DNA of 64,000 nt. It comes from Takakia lepidozioides. Taxonomy: Eukaryota > Plantae > Bryophyta. The stretch covers positions 73,718,001-73,782,000 of the forward strand of contig CM060731.1 of NCBI GenBank assembly GCA_030704615.1, written 5' to 3'. Made by a program: the position numbers and the translations under genes. How positions within the stretch are numbered: position 1 is the first letter of the stretch; every line of letters starts with the position of its first letter. The notes beneath the pieces are model-generated. The model had not been told where the DNA came from, did not search any database, and saw only the letters and a list, made by a program, of their open reading frames with translations. Below, piece after piece: positions 47,774 through 61,099 of this stretch.

Positions 47774-50700
47774 ATTTGTTTCAGATATCGATGTTGGATG
47801 ATTGGATGAGATCAAATAGTTCATCGATCGTATCTGTGTTTCTGGTTTGTATGCGTTGGAGAGAGATAACACATTTTTACATTTACACTTGCACATGGGT
47901 TGTACAATATATTATATATTGAGCCTGTTAATGTTAATCAAACTAATCAAAAAATAGTTTGGATGGAATGATCCCAAAATTGCACCGCCGGGTCATGTGG
48001 TGCAAGATAAAGCTTTAAGGGGTTACTCAGATTTACATCGAAAATTGTACTCTGCCAATCTTGCATAGAAAACTACCACACTATCAAATTTCTCTAATTT
48101 TGTAGGTTCAACATACATTCGTCTTACTCCGATGGACACGTTACTTGCCAAACAGATTCCATATATCCCGGTCTCTCCCCAAACACGTTGTAATGAACAC
48201 GTGTTTTGAATATATGCTTTGCAGTTCATTAGTTTATTTTACAATCATTATCCTTTGTATGGTAATTTAGATCTCGCATTTACTGCTCTATGGTAGTATG
48301 CATGCTACAACTCTTTGTAACATTTTATATGCAAAACCATCTGATATTTAATAAAAATGCCAACAAGCCAATCAGAATTATTACTACTTATTATCACGCC
48401 AGCAACTACTCACAATTGTTGGGACAACCTAGTTTTTTTTATATATTTTTTGGATATAAATATTTATTTAAAATTTTAAATAAAATAAATAAATAAATAT
48501 ATAAAGCGACATAGTCACTGCATATATATATAAGTTATTTATATAACTCCTCATGGCTCATTTGCAATGTTACTTTTTTCTCGCCTCTTTTTAATTCATT
48601 TTAATCGTAACTGCCTATAAGATGTGAAAAAACAGAGTAAAAAAGCTCATGTACCTCTTATCAAAAACAAAGGCTGCCAATCCACGAGTTTTTATCTATA
48701 GAAATTGACCAAATAATTTGACACATCATGGGGTCGGAGAAGGATCATCTACTCCTACTATTCTGACAACATGATTTTTCCGGAGATGTTTGATGCTTCT
48801 CGGGGCTCCTTTGGCGACCGTGAAGTCACCGGATGAATTGCCAGATAGATAGATTATCTGGACGCTGCAGTTGCTCCGCGGCGAGACGGATTCGCCCATC
48901 TTTCAATTATGTCATTACTACGTAATGGCCTGACCTCTTGCACTCCAAACTCTTGGTGGCTCCCCTCATCCTTGGTCTCCTCGAGCTTTCGATGAGGATA
49001 TTAACTCGAGGCATCGTAAGAATCATAATTTGAAAATCAAAGCACATCTCAATTTTGAGCCTTGTACAACAAACATGGCTAGAACTTCCCTCTTTGTTCT
49101 TGATACTGGGCTAATATCTAAGCGGTTTAATTATACTTTGGTTACTTGGTCTTTTCGTGTTTTGTTGTTGAATCATTGGATTGGTCTGGTGCGATATCCA
49201 GGCAGCGTCTCGCTTGTTTTGTCTTCACAAGTTAATTTCGCCTCATCTTTAATGCACTTCAGGGTTTCTGTCCATTTTATTAAAAAACAATTGAAAAAAA
49301 TTACATTACATCCCTTATCAGTATATGAATCGAGATGTTTGTTGGCCCTGCCTTCCTAAGGCAACACTACGCAAAGGGTTCAGCTGCTTTAGCACCGATA
49401 CTTTCGATTAGACTTCCAATTCGATCGAGACAGTTGCCACCAAAATATTCTGTCCATATTTCTAATGAATGACATCCCTTGGATGAACAGTTTCATGGTC
49501 ACAACCAGTTTTGTTTGGCCTTTAAGTCTGGAGTTCAACTTCTTGTGCATGCCATAAATGAGGATATTACCTTGCGTGCCACCCGAGTGATTCAGGGCTC
49601 AAATCCTGTTACCACGATATTTATTAATAAACATTGTGTGATCTTCCAGATTTTTACTATCTACTCATAATTACTAGATGGTAGGGCTTGCATGAATTGC
49701 ATGCGTTTGTTTTGTTGGCTCTTCCCTCAAGAGGAGACCACGCATCATCAGTGCCAAAATGGGGGAAGATCCTGATATGCCTTCACCGGAAAACACCCAA
49801 ACTTCACATATATACCTTCACTAGTTAACATTGCTATTGATATTAATGAGCATCAAATATTGATTTGTATTTATTTTTGTTTTTGTAAAATATATTCTTA
49901 ATCAGCCATTGGGAAATGGCTGGAGACCAATGAAAGTTTTTTCCCTTTCTTCCCTGCTCTCATGTTAGCAAAACCCTGGCCTTCGTTGGCCTTCGTCGTC
50001 TTGTCCCTGGGAGCAGAGATGAATGCCATATGTATAGTTTGTGTGGGGAGCCTGGCCTTTGGACTTCTTAAAAGAGGAAAGGGCGGGACGCTTGGCAGGA
50101 AGACTTGAGCGACGGTGCGAGGCCAACAACTTGTGCACAATAAGTAGCTTCATTGTTGATCCTCCTGTGGTTCTTGATATGGTCAGCCTTTGTGCTGCTG
50201 TTTACCTTCTCTACACTTGTAATGGGCTGGGAGTGGTCCGATGCCGCTGCGAAGTTTGACCTCCGTTCTAAGTTATATCTAAAACCCTCCAAATTAGGGC
50301 GGCCCCCGCTGACCTTACTCAGGAATATAAACAATTTGGCTTGGATTCCCTCTATGTGTGGAGTGGTTCAAGTGTTGGGCTACACAACAAGCTGAAGACC
50401 CGCAAGACCTAGGTTTCTATTTTGTCCAAGTTATTGTTGTATGTATTGATCTATACTGTCCTTTCGGTGAGTCCATGCAAATCTTCTACTTTGGCGGATT
50501 GCAGGGTGTGTAATATCAACTCCAACAATCGTGTCAAGCAGTGTCTGTATATATGTTTGTATGTTTGTATCTGTATTGGAGGATATGTATGTTGTTCAAT
50601 ACCACTTACTAGTCGAAAATGGAAACCGGTCACTTGCAGCAGACCAAATTATTTCGCATTTTCGAGGAGGATCTCAGAAATCAGGTCTGAAGTCTCAACC

Positions 50701-51387
50701 CTATTTTTTGTCTTTTCCATCTTTGTTATGTGTGTAATGCTCTCTTTGGGCCTTCCGTGGGCGTAAGAAATTTCCCTGAATGGCATAAGCCTTCAGCTTT
50801 TAGGACTAGAAGTGCCTGACAGCCTACCTGCACAAGGCACGTCTTATTGGAGTGACATTTCTTGCTCTACTTTGTGCCATTTCTTTCTTTCTTCTCTCTC
50901 CTTTCTCTTGTGCTTTGTTAGTATCCCTTGCGTATTGCTGCACTGTTGGTAAAAAAACTTGGAGATTAATTCTACATCAATGTACATAATTCATTCAGCA
51001 TCGGAAAGTTGCATAACAGTGGGAAATGGGGAGTCAACATGAGGTGGTAGGTCTTGGGTACCTCATTTTACCATAACTGCTTGATATCCAACTATGAGCG
51101 GTAAATTATCCAAGGAAGTCATTCATGCAGATGTTACACCCAAGTTGCGGCAAGAGGTGATAATATCGGCAGAACAGGGGCAGCCTCCATAAATGGAAAG
51201 CAGTGGGGCGCTCTTTGCTAGCACCTCATTTTGTGTGGGCTCTCTAAATTATGGATAGACACCCCCTCTCTGAATTGCTTGTGGTTTGTTATGGTTGGAC
51301 CAGCCATCACCATTATCTGTTTTGCTGCCACCATTGCAGAGAGAGCATTGGACTGTTGACAGAATTATTATTGGGAAGACCCTGGTA

Positions 51388-51560
51388 TTTCAGTATCTCA
51401 GTATCTCAGTATTTCAGCCAGATTTTTAGCAAGTCCCTCAGCATTTCAGCCAGATTTTTAGCAAGTCCCTCAGTATTTCAGCCAGATTTTCAGCAAGTAT
51501 TTTAATATTTCAGCTAGTTATTCTCAATATTTTAGTTAGTATTTCAACAAGCATTTCAAT
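51388..51560 (+). repeat. Tandem repeat, ~32-bp unit CAGTATTTCAGCCAGATTTTTAGCAAGTCCCT x3 plus degenerate copies
   Basis: Directly visible. Confidence 0.8.
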
Positions 51561-51839
51561 AATTTAATAATTAAATATCATTTTTGCATTATCATACATG
51601 ATTACTTAATTCATACATCAATAAAGTTCTGCCAGGCCCTGAGTCTGTTCCCGGCTTTATAAATGAATAAATAAATAAATGTTCCTCTTATGCAGAACAT
51701 GCTTAAAATATAAATTACAATCAAGGGTTTTAATTTTTTTCCCTTCAAATAATCTGTAATAAAGTTCAATCCAGGGCTTCCGCCCCCTATTTACCAAGTA
51801 GTGAATACGTAATTATCTTATTTCAATAACATTTTAAGG

Positions 51840-52090
51840 AAATTTTCTACTTGGAGTTTTAGGAGTTTTAGGGTGGGAGCCATTACGCGACTAGCCGCTT
51901 GTTTTGTTTTGTTTCGTAGCGTCGTTGAGATCTCCCAAACCGCGGGCCCCAACGCTGGTGCTTGGTGCAGTTGGAAAGCCCTCGACGAGGAGGGGTGCAC
52001 GGGCTACGAGGAGGGGTGCACGGGGCTAGGTCTAGTGATTTTTGGACCCGCGGTGTGGGAGATGTGGAATTTAGTTGCTAGAAATTCAGG
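51840..52090 (-). repeat. Copy of the dispersed element at 5680-6485 (inverted)
   Basis: TTGGAAAGCCCTCGACGAGGAGGGGTGCAC and GCGGGCCCCAA are the revcomp of 6380-6445. Confidence 0.75.
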
Positions 52091-52565
52091 AAAATAGCAT
52101 AGTCGTCAGCAAATACTCTGAACACAAGTACAGTACGCATGTAACTCTTCGGGAGAAATTGTAAACAGTGAGGTATATTGATGACAAGAAGTGAACAATG
52201 AATTCAATTGAAGAATTTAAGTTAACTTGTACAAATGAGCGTAACAGGACTTCGTGATCTCTCCTAGAAAGACCTATCACCCTGACTACGAAGAAGCTCG
52301 CGCTAAAGCCACTTCACATTTAACCGCTCGAGAATCCCCCGAGAATCTGAGTCTAAAAAAAATCTTTCCCTTCGCACTGTCAGCGTCAGATAAAATGTGT
52401 AGGCTGATTGAGGTCCAGGTTCGTGTCGAAGTGAACTCCACTCAACACACAATATCCTCAAGTCTCACCAGAAAAACTCGCTGATCCAAGGAGGGGAATT
52501 TGAAAACACGCACACCAAGACTATCATACAGAGCTGCTCCGAATTTACGGTTGTCAGGCTGTGGT

Positions 52566-52838
52566 CTAGATGGGAAGGCAGCTTGCAACACGGGGGTAGA
52601 CGACCATAGCCGGGTGCGCCATGATGCGTCGCCCCTTGTAGTGTTTGAAGCACCACACAAAAGCTCCCACTGGCCATTCAATGGCCGCTGCCACAGCGAA
52701 CGCTACAACTCCCAATGTGGGTCCAACGACCCTGCAATGGCAGGGATTGCGGTATGTTCCACACTCAAAGCAGGTTGGAACGACGGGGCAGCAAGGTGGG
52801 TCTGCAGTGGATCCAGCCGTAGTCGCGATGGTGTCCAT
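52566..52838 (-). CDS. Small conserved plant Cys-rich membrane protein (90 aa), function unknown
   Basis: PTCFECGTYRNPCHCRVVGPTLGVVAFAVAAAIEWPVGAFVWCFKHYKGRRIMAHPAMVVYP matches a small uncharacterised land-plant family as recalled from memory; one TM-like segment. Confidence 0.8.
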   Translation of the reverse strand: MDTIATTAGSTADPPCCPVVPTCFECGTYRNPCHCRVVGPTLGVVAFAVAAAIEWPVGAFVWCFKHYKGRRIMAHPAMVVYPRVASCLPI

Positions 52839-54251
52839 TTGCGCTTCAAAGATGTTGAGAACAGAGCAGTGCAAGAGCAAATTCTGTGCGGCAGAGACGT
52901 TATCAGAATGTGGGTCTGAAGAGAGAAGAGAGATGATGAGCAGCTGCAATGTCGCAAAGCTGTAATTCTCAGAAGAGATTGAGTCTGGCAGCACATCGCA
53001 GAGCAGAGAGTTTTATACAAGAAGAGAGACAGCCCACCGAGGCAGCTGGCGGCCATCGCTGTGAGCACACCAGCTTGGCTTCTGCAACGTGGCGCTGCGT
53101 CAATATTCTGGCACAGTCATAGCTCGAAAAAAATTTATCCTACCAACTATACCCTGCCACGTTGAAGATGGTGGGCTCCAAGACAGTTACTGACAAACAA
53201 AAGGGCTTAGAACGTGCCCTGTTCTCATTGAGTTTCGTGGGATGCAAAAACTTTACATGAAATTCCTTATGCAACAAGACTCGGAGTGTCGATTGATGAA
53301 CAGTGCACAGTTCTGAGTCCGTGGTGCTCACATCGCGCACTTGGCTTCAAGAAATCTGCAGAGTTCATCAATCACACAATTTACACGAAAAAGGAATGTG
53401 TCTTCTACATTCTAGGCAGCGAAATTACACGAAAAAAGAATGTTATACATTCGTAAGGGCAGCGAAGAAGGCGTGGATATCCAGAGTGCGCGCATGGGGC
53501 CAAGATGGTGGCTCCCGAGTGAGCTGGTAAGTGTCCAGCCACATGTCTTGTCATTTTTGTAGTGTATAGTATTGATGCAGGAGGTTTGTGTAATTCTTGT
53601 GTGCCTCTTCGCTAGAAGCATGTTGGGAACGTGATCTTAATACCGTTTCCACCATAGAGACCTCCAGAAGCAACGGGACATGCATCTGCTGATAACTAAC
53701 TCTCTATGAGATTATCAAATGTAGTTTGTTCTAAGATTTCGTTTGTCTACCTTGTCATATTATGGTGCATGTCCCTCGTTAGTCTTGGATTGTCCTCAAT
53801 TGCATGAATGATTAACAGTCGCTCATAAGAAAGAGAATGTCCATATATGGAGCTGTGGTAAATGAACTTAATGAATCAACTGTTGTCGTTTGTACATGTG
53901 AATTTTTAAGCTTTAGAAAAAATGCTTTACACCGATACACTCCAACCTTATCTTTGTTAAGGAAGAATGCCGTATATTTTCCGTGACTGTCACTGAGGAC
54001 TCGTTTAAGCAAACCATGCTGTCTTTCAGACTGAATTTCTGTTGTCGCTAGGAAATTATGGAACAAGGAAGTATAGTAAAGTGTTATCAAAATAGCCACA
54101 CCTATGGGCAAGGCCAGCTGACACAGACATTGGATTGCTTGCTATTTCTGAACATCTAAAGCTGGAGTTCCAAGGTGTAAGGTTGAGAGTTTAGGGATCT
54201 GGCTGTCCACTGGTCATGGATTACTGCCGGGCTACTATCTGCAGAAGTTTC

Positions 54252-57200
54252 TCAGAGTTGATATTCCATGAACTTCACAGGCATCTCACCTAAACTTGCA
54301 ATTCCTTCATTGGTGTTTGCTGGTTTGAGCTCTTTGGCCTGGACAGCTAATGCGCGGCCTCGCTTGTCATCTCCTAGTAGGTGTTTCACATAGGCCTTCT
54401 GCTTGAGACATTCATAGTTATTTCCTAGTATCTCGTGTCCGCGATCTAGGTCCTGTAAGGCCCCTCTGAGGTCATTCATGTAAGTCTTGACTACCCCACG
54501 TTCGAGATAATAGAAGCCATCTTCAGGCCACAGTTCATTGGCCCTGTTTAACTCATTCAATACTTCCTGACAGTCCCCTAGCATCACCTTCACTACCCTT
54601 CGGATGCTGCAACATGGACATAGCCGAGGGTCAGTACCAAATTGATGCCAAATCACTTGTTTGTCACAATCACATTTTCTCTGCTTACATCTAAGTTATT
54701 GCAACTCACAAGCTTCACATATGCATAATTACCTGAGGATTCTTCCACCATCATTAGGGTTCAGCTGGTGTGCATAATCCAAGTCCGCCAGTGCAGATGA
54801 ATACTCGCCCATCAAGAACTTAGTTCTTCCCCGAAGAAGCAGCGTGAAAGAATAATTTGGTGAGAGCTGGTGGGCTGCATCCAGGTCCTCCAATGCCCCA
54901 TTGTAGTCGCCAAGCATGCGTTTTGCACAGCTGCGCTCTGTGAGGATGGTTGCATTGTGTGGTTGCACTTGATCTGCCAACACAAGGTTTGCAAGGGCCC
55001 TTGGGTAGTTGCTCACACGTTTCTCGTTGAAACTGTTTGCGCGAAGTGAGTTGGTTATAGTAGACCGGCAAATTTCAGATAATTCTGCTACAGATTCTGG
55101 CAAAGACACCAGGCCCCCGCAGCCACTCAGCTTCAATTCATGCAGTAATGTTAAATGTCCAATGGAGTCTGGTAGAGTCTCCAATTTGATGCAGTCTGAT
55201 AGGTCCAGAATTTGCAGTGCAGTCATCTGTTTGATGTCTTCTGGTAAGCTTTTCAAGCGCTCACAGTCATACAAATAGAGCTCTTGCAGCCATGTTAACT
55301 GTGTGAAAAAAGCAGGGAGGCTCTCGTTGTCAGCAGAAAGAGACAAGTACAACTTTCGTAGCCGAGTCATTTCTAAAATGGCTTCTGGTACACTCTCCAC
55401 TTTTGAGATGTATAGTTTCTGCAGGCGTGTGAGCTTCCAAACAAACTGTGAGGGGTCCTCAGGTCTGAACTCTAACAGCTCCAGACTTTTCAACCCCACG
55501 AGCTTCCCAATGCACGCGGGCATGGGCTGTTTTAAGCTCATGCCAGACAAGGAAAGCTCCTCCAGATCTATTAACTTTCCAAGTGACTCTGGTACATATA
55601 CAACAGCCCTGCAACATGCCAGATGCAGACGCCGCAACCTTGTCAACTGGCCTATGCAATCTGGTACTGCCCTCAGTCTCTCACAATAGTCCAATACAAG
55701 CTCCTGCAGGTCTCTCAGCTGCCCGATGGACTCTGGCAGACATTGGAGAAATGTGCAGCCTGTGAGGTCCAGTTGCTGCAACTCTGGCAAATTACCAATT
55801 GTGCCGGGGATGCATTTGAGTGCAGTGCACAGACTGAGATCAATCTTCTGAAGACGTGTCAGCTTTCCGAGTGTCTCTGGCAGCCGCTCAAGTCTTTCAC
55901 ACCCCCTCAGGCTTAACTCTTGCAGCCCTCGCAGATGACTAATGGAGGAGCATGGCGGTTCCTTGAAAAAAGGACAACACAAGCATGAAGCTTTGTTTCC
56001 GTTTTATTTCACCATGGAGATAGTATGAAGAGAATGTAGAGAGCCAGCAACTGCTACAAGCGCAACCCAGTGTCATTCACCTTGGAACACAACTGGTGTC
56101 CTAGTTCAGTTAACAGTCCAAATTATCTGTTAAAATCTTCATTGCAAGTCAAGCTCAAACAGATAAAATGTTAGATTTGAAATTTGGAACATTGTGTCTG
56201 ATACCTTGTCTGTGTCTTCGACAAACAGGTGGGTGAGCTTGCTCCAGCCCAAGTTGAGCACAGACAATTTGTCAAGCTTAAGAATATCTGGTGGTATATA
56301 TGAAAATGGCATTCTGTGCCAACTGATGAAGGTCAAATTTTTTGGAAAAGAGGTAAAGGTTCCCCCTGTTGCTCCATTGACGAGTAGTATTCTTAGCTCT
56401 GTCATTAGAGAGAACGTCTGGCTGGGAAAAGTTAATTTGCTTCCGTAGAGTGAAAGTCCTTGAGCTTTTAAATTGACCTGCACCAACACGCATCCTTCCC
56501 ATTGCTAGATCAGGAGCAGTTGTGTTCTTTGCGAGTTACACAATATTAGGTCAAAGTGCTCCAGAAATCATGCAATTTCGCTCACTAACTTCCTGCTGGA
56601 ATTACATCAATAGATCAAAATTGGCAGACCATTGGCTCAGCATATACACATTTAATTCACAGCATGGCAACAAAGTTCCATTGAGAGGTGACCTTCACTG
56701 CTGTCTCTGCATCTGGCATCCACAATCTGGTCCATGGGTTCTCGGACATGGCAATGTATCTGCCCATGTCTCGGAGCTGATCATGCATAACTAGGCGACC
56801 AATGCATTCTAGCTTCACAAGAGACTGATCGATCAGGTGTCTCAAGCTGTTAACTGACCAACCTGCTGCTTGCCAAGCTCGTTTGGCAGTGGCACTTGTT
56901 TCATCAAGCAGTATACAGGCAATGTCTAGAAATATTTCCTTGTGGTCCTGTGGCAATGCATCATAGCTTATACGCAACTTTCTTTTAACCTTCTGATTCT
57001 CCTCTGGCAGAAGGGAAACCTGACGTAACTTTGTCAAGACGTCCCCCCAAACTCCTGGGTCTTTCTCACCACACAGGTGCGCACCGATTACCTCCAGATT
57101 CAATGGAAGACCCCCTACGGCACATGCAACCTCCCTTGCCACCTTCTCAAAGCCACGAGGAGGTCCCTTTCTCAAGAATGCATGCCAGCTGAACAGCTCC

Positions 57201-59073
57201 ATTGCATCTGTCTCACAAAGTTCTGTAGCCTCATAGATCTGGTCTAGTTCCAATTGAGAGATAAACCACTTATCCCGCGATGTTATAATGCCTCGACTTC
57301 CGTATCCAAGTGACTCAGGAAGCATCAGGTAATCCACCTGAGCTGGGTCGTCTGCATCGTCCAAAACTATCAATACCTTTATTGTCCCACGCAATTGTTC
57401 CCTCATTAGAGCTTTTCCGTGAGCAATATCATCAATCCTTAGATTTGGAACCTTGGACAAGTCACTTAAGATTTGCTGCTGCATGCTGAAAAGCCCACCA
57501 GGCTGCCTGGCCCTCTCCCTCACATCTTGAATGTAGCTTACTGCACTGAATTCCCTCGAGATTTGGTTATAAACTGTCTTGGCTAACGTGGTCTTGCCAA
57601 TCCCCCCTATCCCCCATATTCCTATTACCCTCACACCTGGCCCTGGACGCAACAGTTCGACCACCTCTTTTTTACGCTCATCAAGACCCACGGGGTGTCT
57701 GGTGTTGTTTAGTGGCACTCTCTTCAGGACGTCCTGGACTTTTGCTATCACTCTCTTGATTACTATGGTTTCACACCTGCACAGTTGAGACACTGATGTT
57801 GGCAATGGTAGTACAACAACACTGTATTTGTGCTTGGGATGCAAAGCCAATCTTCAACCTTATGGCCTGACTCACGAATGACCATTGTCTCATTTTACAG
57901 ATGGCATAAAGAGAAGGGAAGAAGAAAGAAAAGCTGGGTCTCTGTTCCAAGAGAGGGAGATTCAAGGACCTACCCAAGGAACTCAAAACAAAGGCTTCAA
58001 TTGCTTCAGATTTCACATCTTACCCATTCATCTGCTCGGAATCCCAGCCATCAACATGGGATGCTTTGGTCAATGCTGCCATGTAGGTTTCAAGTTTTTC
58101 AATGCTATGCCGCTGTTTCAGTTTCTGCAGTCCAGGTCTCAAGGAACCTGTGTCTGGCCTGCTCACATCGCTGGGGGTTACATCATAGAACACTGGCAAT
58201 ATGACTTTTCCAGGGATCAACATGAGGCACAGCTCTTCCAAGCATGACTTGGATTCAGCGTAGGCTCTGGTGAACACTGGCACACAAATGGTGGCAGTTG
58301 CAATCGCATGAGCAACTGAATGCCACTGCATGTCTCCCTCACTGACGTCTTTGGCATCCACATAAGGAGTAAACCCAGCTATGCGAAGTGCTTCAACCAG
58401 GTGGTCTACGAATGCCTCCTTCACGTCACCCCCTCGGGAACTGATGAACACATCACAGTCCTCATGGCCTGCAGAAGGAAGGATGATAAGCAATTAGATT
58501 GGTCCTGACAACTAAAGAGAAAGGGCAAGCCTTGGTGTTTCATGACACTCACGTTTCTGAAGATTTGGCAAGAGAAGTCGATCCACGGATTGTGAATCGT
58601 GACAGTAAGGTTAGTAACTCCTTCACTCAAGAGCTGTGAGACAGAGGTGGGTGCTCACAGCGAGTTAACTGCGCGACGAGTTGCTTCACATGTATTGCTC
58701 TAGAAGCTATGGCGATGAATTCATAATATAATTAGGTTACTGTATTGTGAGTTGGCCACATTATAGTGAGACACTGCATCATTGAGTTTACCGTCCCTTA
58801 CCTCTTCTTTGTTTCAAATACATCCATGCCTCAAATAGAAACATTTGAAAAGAGCGAGATCAATGGAATGGAATGTGGCAGCTGGTCTCAATCACCTGAG
58901 GAAGAGCCCTTGGATGTTCCTGAGCAGGATGGTTCATCCGCTGACTGAGAACACGCACTCTTCTTGCATCCCCGCACTCGGTAGAGCACACCAAGCAGTG
59001 CTAGAATGGCGGCCAAATCCAAGAGAGTGGGTTTTGATTTTCCACCGGCCGGGAAGCCCCAAAAGAGGGCCAT
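54252..59073 (-). CDS. NLR immune receptor with TM anchor-TIR-NB-ARC-LRR-TPR architecture (~1187 aa, 6 exons)
   Basis: Exons 59073-58896, 58468-58024 (TIR: DVFISSRGGD, SKSCLEEL, ILPVFYDV), 57776-56693 (GIGGIGKTT, LIVLDD, GSRGIITSRD, GLPL, MHD), 56477-56205, 55961-54733 (LRRs then TPRs) and 54606-54252 (TPRs). All junctions are GT-AG and phase-compatible; the total is 3564 nt. Exon 1 is less certain. Confidence 0.88.
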
Positions 59074-61099
59074 CGCATGAGTTCTTGTGGAGTTTCCGGT
59101 CACATGATGCGCTAGGCTACTGGTTGCACGGTCCACATCCTCTAAATGCTTAAAATCAAGTTTGAACAGCGGTGCAATTGATTGATTGATCGATCTCGTG
59201 TTGTCCACACAAAGTATGACATTGTGAAAATCTCTGGAAAAAACAGATCTGGAATCAAGGGAGAGTGTTTCTAAGTAATTGTGAACTCGTGCATTGGCAT
59301 GTCTAGAGTCTAGCTTTGAACATCTACAAGCGCAGCATTGGTTTCACGATTGCGCAGTCCGTTTCTCCAACTTTAACTCAAATCAGAGAGTCGATCGGAG
59401 GGAGGGGATCTCCATAGGAAAGCCTTAGGATCCCAGAAGCCATCACAGGATACGATGGGGAAATCCTCAGTCTTGAGGAGAGAGATGGTGGTGAGGGACA
59501 CCATCCATGTTGGTACATTTTGAACCTTTGCTTTCCTTGTTGTGATGCGCAACTGCAAGAGTCGCGTTCCTTCGTTGTGCTAGGAGCTCTAGTGTTCTTT
59601 GTTGCAAAGACGATGGGTCGCTCATATGAAAAGCAAACAAGTATGAAGTTGCCTCATCAAATCTAGCCGCCAGGTTTCGCCATTCTTGTTATCACCTTAA
59701 TACTGGTTTACTTGAAGCATAAACTTGTTAGTTAGTCTCCATGTTAACTGACACGTGATTAATTGTACAAGTGGGTGAAGAACAACCCTTTGGGCTGGAG
59801 TGGACACTCCGTGAGATATCTGCATGCATGAGAGAGCCCTCTTTTCTGGCACTGGTTTGCAAGCTTGTAAGGTCTCTGAGGTCGACAAAGAGCTGTGGTC
59901 GTGAAGAAAATTGGAGTATTTGATGCTATGAGAGTGAACGTCCTCGTGGTCTATTGAGCCGCTGCCCCAGTGGGTATATCTAGATGTCTAGACCTTTTTC
60001 CATGTCCACATGGCACATCTCCCGAAAGAGATGAAATCTACGTCCCTGCTAGACCCAGATTTCTTATAGCAGGTAAAGACACACGTGAACCAACTGGATG
60101 GCCGTGGGGTATTGATCGGCATACCAGAGAGCGCACGGTCCTCTTTTTATGATTCTGGAATGTGGCACGAGAGGTTTCCCAGCCATGGCTACGACGCTTC
60201 TCGTTCGTCTCGAGGGGACACAGGCTCGCTTATGTGGACAGAGAGCTCAGAGATAGGAAGCCATAAGCTTTGAAGGGAGGGCCGTTAATTCGTCAACAAT
60301 TAATACTAGTGCGGTCACTTTAGTCTAGCACTTGAAAGTACATCTACGGTTGCTCCAAGCTTCCGCAGTACCACACTACTAACTTAACTTAACTTCTCCG
60401 ATGGCTCTCTTCTCAAGTCCAATGGGTATGCTGGGAGCTGGAAGGACTAACATTTACACCTTAACCTGTGAAGTCCAGCAGACGTGCAGACGATAGTCAT
60501 CAATCCTCCTTAAGACAGATTTCAACTGGCCAAGTCATACCTGTCTAGTAGAGCCCAGGGCGGGGAAGTGGACTGTGGAGCTGGGCAAGAGCACGCTGCA
60601 CGAGTCTTCTGGATGATCAGATGAATCTGTACTTCAGACCTTTTCACAGTGTACGTGTAGACTCTAGTGAGATCACAGTACTAAGTGGGGGTTTAAGGAA
60701 TTAACTTCTAGATCTGTGCAGGGAACATCGATCCATTAATGCTCAACTAGATCTGCAAAGGGACAATCATCCAGACTGAGGAACCATTCAGGAGATCTAG
60801 AACTCCGAGCGAGCAGACTGCCAATTGGGTTGGTACCGCAGTGCTTGGATTTGCCAAAATTGCAGTTGAGTTGGAAGAAGTGCAAGCAAAGCCTATTTGC
60901 GAATGCAACTCCTGCCGCAGCCTGGGCCTGCACAAGCCGCGCGGTTGGATTTCTAACCGCACGGCCCCCAATTCTACTCATCCACTGACTCCTGAGCATT
61001 CAGTCCGCCTGCACTTCAATTATTTTGTGATGGGCTAAAATGTGGGCCATCCAAACAAAAAAAAACTAGTTTGACTCCGGCCCAAAGCATGCGGAACGT

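Noticed and set aside
56540-56598. Possible extra NLR exon (QEVSERNC...)
   Set aside because: Hits a stop; skipping it gives a phase-compatible model
60736-60999. Weak LRR-like phrase (VPTQLAVCSLGVLDL)
   Set aside because: A single short resemblance with no repeat array
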